DNA of 64,000 nt from Octopus bimaculoides (Eukaryota), in NCBI RefSeq assembly GCF_001194135.2, contig NC_068985.1:106473462-106537461 (forward strand), in the 5' to 3' direction. Both the position numbers and the translations under genes were made by a program. A model generated the notes under the pieces. It was not told the DNA's origin. It did not search any database and saw only the letters and a list, made by a program, of their open reading frames with translations. Shown piece after piece: positions 61,896 to 64,000 of this stretch; positions within the stretch are counted from its first letter, which is position 1, and every line of letters starts with the position of its first letter.

Positions 61896-62858
61896 TACCA
61901 TCTTAATTTTAGTCAATGTAATTTGTCCCACATCCACCTTTCAATCCTCCATAGGGTCAGGGAGGCCCTCCCCCATCCCACCACCAATAAGAAACACTGC
62001 AATAGGCTACAGATGCATGATCTGGTGTAAACCACATCATGCATCAAAATCTCTAAAAAAAGCAATGAGTAAACAACTGTGTTTGTAATTGAAGATTAAT
62101 GAAATAATAACTGTATTAAGTTGACAATATAATAGCTCTGTCCTCTCCACAAATGTGATAATTCACTGACAAAGAAGCAGAGTTAAAACATCTTTATTGA
62201 CTTTCATGTACATAACAAAAAAATAATTTTAAAAAGTTAAATAAAAAAATGTTTAAAACAAAAAAAAAGACGTTTTGATATTTTTATTAAGTTGTTTTTT
62301 TTCCAGTTTTTTTAGTAAAAAAAAATGTATTATTTATTTATATTTCATGAAAATATGAGCATTAAGTAAAAAGTGCTGCAAACACTGATGTTAAAACTTG
62401 TTGAAGATCTGAAATTAAGGGCAAACTCTCCACCTAGACACCATGCCCCAAGGATCTAACTGAGAAGGAGGGGGTAAAGGTGGAAGGTGGAGAGGAAAGA
62501 GGAAGATCTAACAATTTATGGAGATAGCAGAGCAAAGGGAAGGTGTGGGTGTTAGGAAATAATTATGGGTACTCGTGGGAAGAAGGAAAGAAGATTCCAA
62601 TTTCAATTGGAGAATATGAAAAAAATATATATATAAATAAATAAAACAAATCATCTTTAATCAAAAGTAAACAAGATAAGCCTAAGGAAGAGGAGGATAT
62701 ATTGTTTTTCCAATGATTAAAAATATTTTCATAGATCTTTCTAGAATAGTAAAGTGGTCAAAGAGCCAAGAACAAAAGTGTGTATGTGTGTATATGGAGA
62801 GAGAAGAGAGTGGCAATCTATAATGAATTTACTGTAAGTACAATCAATAAAAATTAAA

Positions 62859-62903
<45 letters not shown>

Positions 62904-63792
62904 TAGACCGAGATGAAGGAGAGACCAAAATTTCAGGCATGACCATGTTGAAAATGTTAGTTTCAATTTTCACTCCATGCACAACAATCTAAAAAACACC
63001 ACTCCAGTTTGTATCTCCAATCTGATTCTTGATGATGTGAATCATCACAAGACAACCAATTCTAATTACTACTCTACACTATTAACACTGTCTAGTCACT
63101 GTTAGATGACTGAAGACAATCTCTGGATTTTCTTGAGTCACATTTCAGATAAATACTATTTGTGAATTTACCCCAAGATTGCCCAGTAAATGTAATAAGG
63201 CTTTGCAGAGCACACATGTACAAATATAGAAAGTAAAACAAAACAGACAATTTTCAGCCAGAATATATAAAGAAGACATTGTAAGTGAGAGGTGCCAATT
63301 GTCTGTTGTTGTACTGCAGAGGTGAGTATGTCTCACTGGGGTTACACACCTAAATTTCTTCTGCTTAAAGAGTGAAAACATTTACAGTCCTTACCTACTC
63401 TTTTTGTATGAGATTTACTAATTGAAGCAGCGAGTGCTAGACGATACTTCTATGACAGCCATCGTTATTGTAGTGGTGCTGCTGTTTGCAATTATTATGA
63501 TTATTATTACCATTGGTAATTATTATAATACTGTCTTATTACTATACTAATGATAAATGTGCTAATGCATAATTATTATTATTATGGTTGTTGTTCTTAT
63601 CATTATCATAACAACAAGATTGATTCACTGAACTATACGTCTCCCCTACAAACTGTTTAACCTTTCAACAATCAGATAATTATCAATATTAATATCATAG
63701 TAGAAGTAGAGGTAACATTAGTAGAAGTAACAGTGAGTGAAACTAGTAGCAAAAAAATTAACTTTGACCAAGTTACATGACTTACTGAGGTG

Positions 63793-63831
<39 letters not shown>

Positions 63832-64000
63832 AAGAGAAAACAAGGAACAACAGACAATAATAAAAAAAAGTGCTTTCTGTCATTTTTCAAAAGTGCAACA
63901 AAAGTGTGCAACAAATAGTTAACAAAGGTGAGTGATAAGTAAAGAAATGACAATACACAGACAAAAAAAGAAAACAGGAAACAATTTTAAATAAAATAAA

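Noticed and set aside
63258-63321. Possible 64-nt plus-strand exon (RIYKEDIVSERCQLSVVVLQ) with a GAG|GTGAGT donor
   Set aside because: The acceptor lacks a pyrimidine tract, a competing GTAAGT lies inside it, and no homology was recognised. It is worth an RNA-seq look but is not supportable from sequence alone.

Overview
AT-rich, microsatellite-dense eukaryotic genomic DNA with many assembly gaps. The SINE families and TE remnants look like an octopus (coleoid cephalopod) genome; this is from recall, not a database search. No complete host gene is present, and nearly all ORFs in the track are microsatellite or gap artefacts. Two CpG-retaining, promoter-like patches near 1.2 kb and 2.4 kb point in opposite directions, each followed by a candidate first exon with a strong donor, so most of the window may be intronic or intergenic. 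The rest is a mosaic of mobile elements: about 40 SINE copies in at least four families; CR1/L2-type, RTE and R4/Dong LINE fragments; mariner, Tigger, hAT and piggyBac-like remnants; a 996-bp solo LTR with a 4-bp TSD; a non-autonomous Helitron plus a decayed RepHel fragment; and a 2.6-kb Penelope-like element (PLE). The best leads are (1) a roughly 195-codon Thr/Ser/Asp-rich, tandemly duplicated spacer between the GIY and YIG motifs of the PLE endonuclease, (2) a 450-bp unique segment packed with hairpins at 36.6-37.0 kb, and (3) several (TA)n-anchored PLE terminal remnants carrying hammerhead-like cores.
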